DNA of 41,690 nucleotides. It comes from Desulfuromonadales bacterium (GTDB taxonomy: Bacteria > Desulfobacterota > Desulfuromonadia > Desulfuromonadales > JACZKF01). The notes beneath the pieces are model-generated. The model saw only the letters and a list, made by a program, of their open reading frames with translations. It ran no database searches and was not told where the DNA came from. The DNA lies in contig JACZKF010000283.1 in assembly GCA_014860175.1 (NCBI GenBank), positions 1 to 41,690 of the forward strand, given 5' to 3'. Below are positions 41,412 to 41,690 of the stretch, piece after piece (position 1 is the stretch's first letter; each line of letters starts with the position of its first letter). Made by a program: the position numbers and the translations under genes.

Positions 41412-41690
41412 CCAGCCGATTCCCCCCGCTGTTGCCCCGGCTGCTCCTGCTGGTCGGCTCGCTGACGCTGGCGCTGGCCGTGGCCGCCCTCCTCGGCCTG
41501 GCGGTCGGCTCCTCCGGCCCCTCGTGGCGCCTGCTGCAAGGGGTCCTCACCGGCGGCAGCGACGCCGATCCGGTGGCCGCCGCCATCGTCTGGCAGATCC
41601 GGCTGCCGCGGGTCGTCCTCGCCGCCGTGGTCGGGGGGACTCTGGCCCTGGGGGGGCTGGTCTTTCAGGCGCTGCTGCGCAATCCACTGG
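41408..41690 (+). CDS. btuC: FecCD/BtuC-family ABC permease, N-terminal part (3' end outside window)
   Basis: ATG 41408 overlaps the btuF stop (ATGA). My translation is MTSRFPPLLPRLLLLVGSLTLALAV...IRLPRVVLAAVVGGTLALGGLVFQALLRNPL, the FecCD signature. The ORF is open to the window end and so is absent from the track. Confidence 0.8.
   Translation, partial: MTSRFPPLLPRLLLLVGSLTLALAVAALLGLAVGSSGPSWRLLQGVLTGGSDADPVAAAIVWQIRLPRVVLAAVVGGTLALGGLVFQALLRNPL

Noticed and set aside
1-41690. Search for CRISPR arrays, tRNA/rRNA genes, retron/DGR-like or other defence-system signatures.
   Set aside because: The only repeats seen are the paralogous CT/BCCP genes, the duplicated promoter cassettes, short palindromic operators and the 60-nt coding repeat. 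There are no regularly spaced direct repeats and no tRNA cloverleaf candidates. Apart from the decayed HigBA-like and nucleotidyltransferase-like fragments, no reverse-transcriptase, Cas or nuclease-type ORFs were recognised.

Overview
GC-rich bacterial chromosomal window. The gene content suggests an anaerobic Desulfuromonadota/Geobacter-like proteobacterium, but that is inference only.

**1-26 kb: TetR-controlled catabolic regulon.** The core is a long minus-strand operon set (16896 down to 434). It encodes one biotin carboxylase, two nearly identical free-standing AccB-type BCCPs and four paralogous free-standing TIM-barrel (5S/OadA/PycB-type) carboxyltransferases. Interleaved with these are three SDRs, a KstD-like flavoprotein, a DapB/diaminopentanoate-dehydrogenase-like oxidoreductase, a crotonase and a YkgJ Cys-cluster protein. 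Satellite operons flank it: crotonase+SRPBCC, thiolase+FadB-N-like+enone-reductase-like MDR, and MBL+hotdog thioesterase. Two TetR genes and two recurring operator motifs (TGACC-N4-GTC dyads and TCGACCGGTCGA palindromes) accompany them. I regard this as the most likely undescribed system: an orphan ATP/biotin-dependent carboxylase or transcarboxylase acting on a ketone or oxo-acid intermediate, substrate unknown.

**26.5-31.9 kb: NikR-linked ECF-type nickel/cobalt uptake locus.** It comprises nikM with no stop codon before a DUF4198/NikK-like ORF, a NikL-like gene, a frameshifted outer-membrane barrel gene, nikQ, nikO with a His-rich tail, and nikR.

**32.1-34.8 kb: decayed accessory DNA.** It holds a HigBA-like pair with a truncated toxin, IS21 istA fragments, a frameshifted nucleotidyltransferase-like gene and small orphan ORFs.

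**35-41.7 kb.** A DUF3300 protein with a tandem-repeat tail, a soluble PAS histidine kinase followed in frame by a receiver-domain remnant, and a cobalamin riboswitch driving btuB-btuF-btuC.

No rRNA, tRNA or CRISPR array was seen. Many long ORFs in the six-frame track are antisense shadow ORFs of GC-rich genes and are not called.
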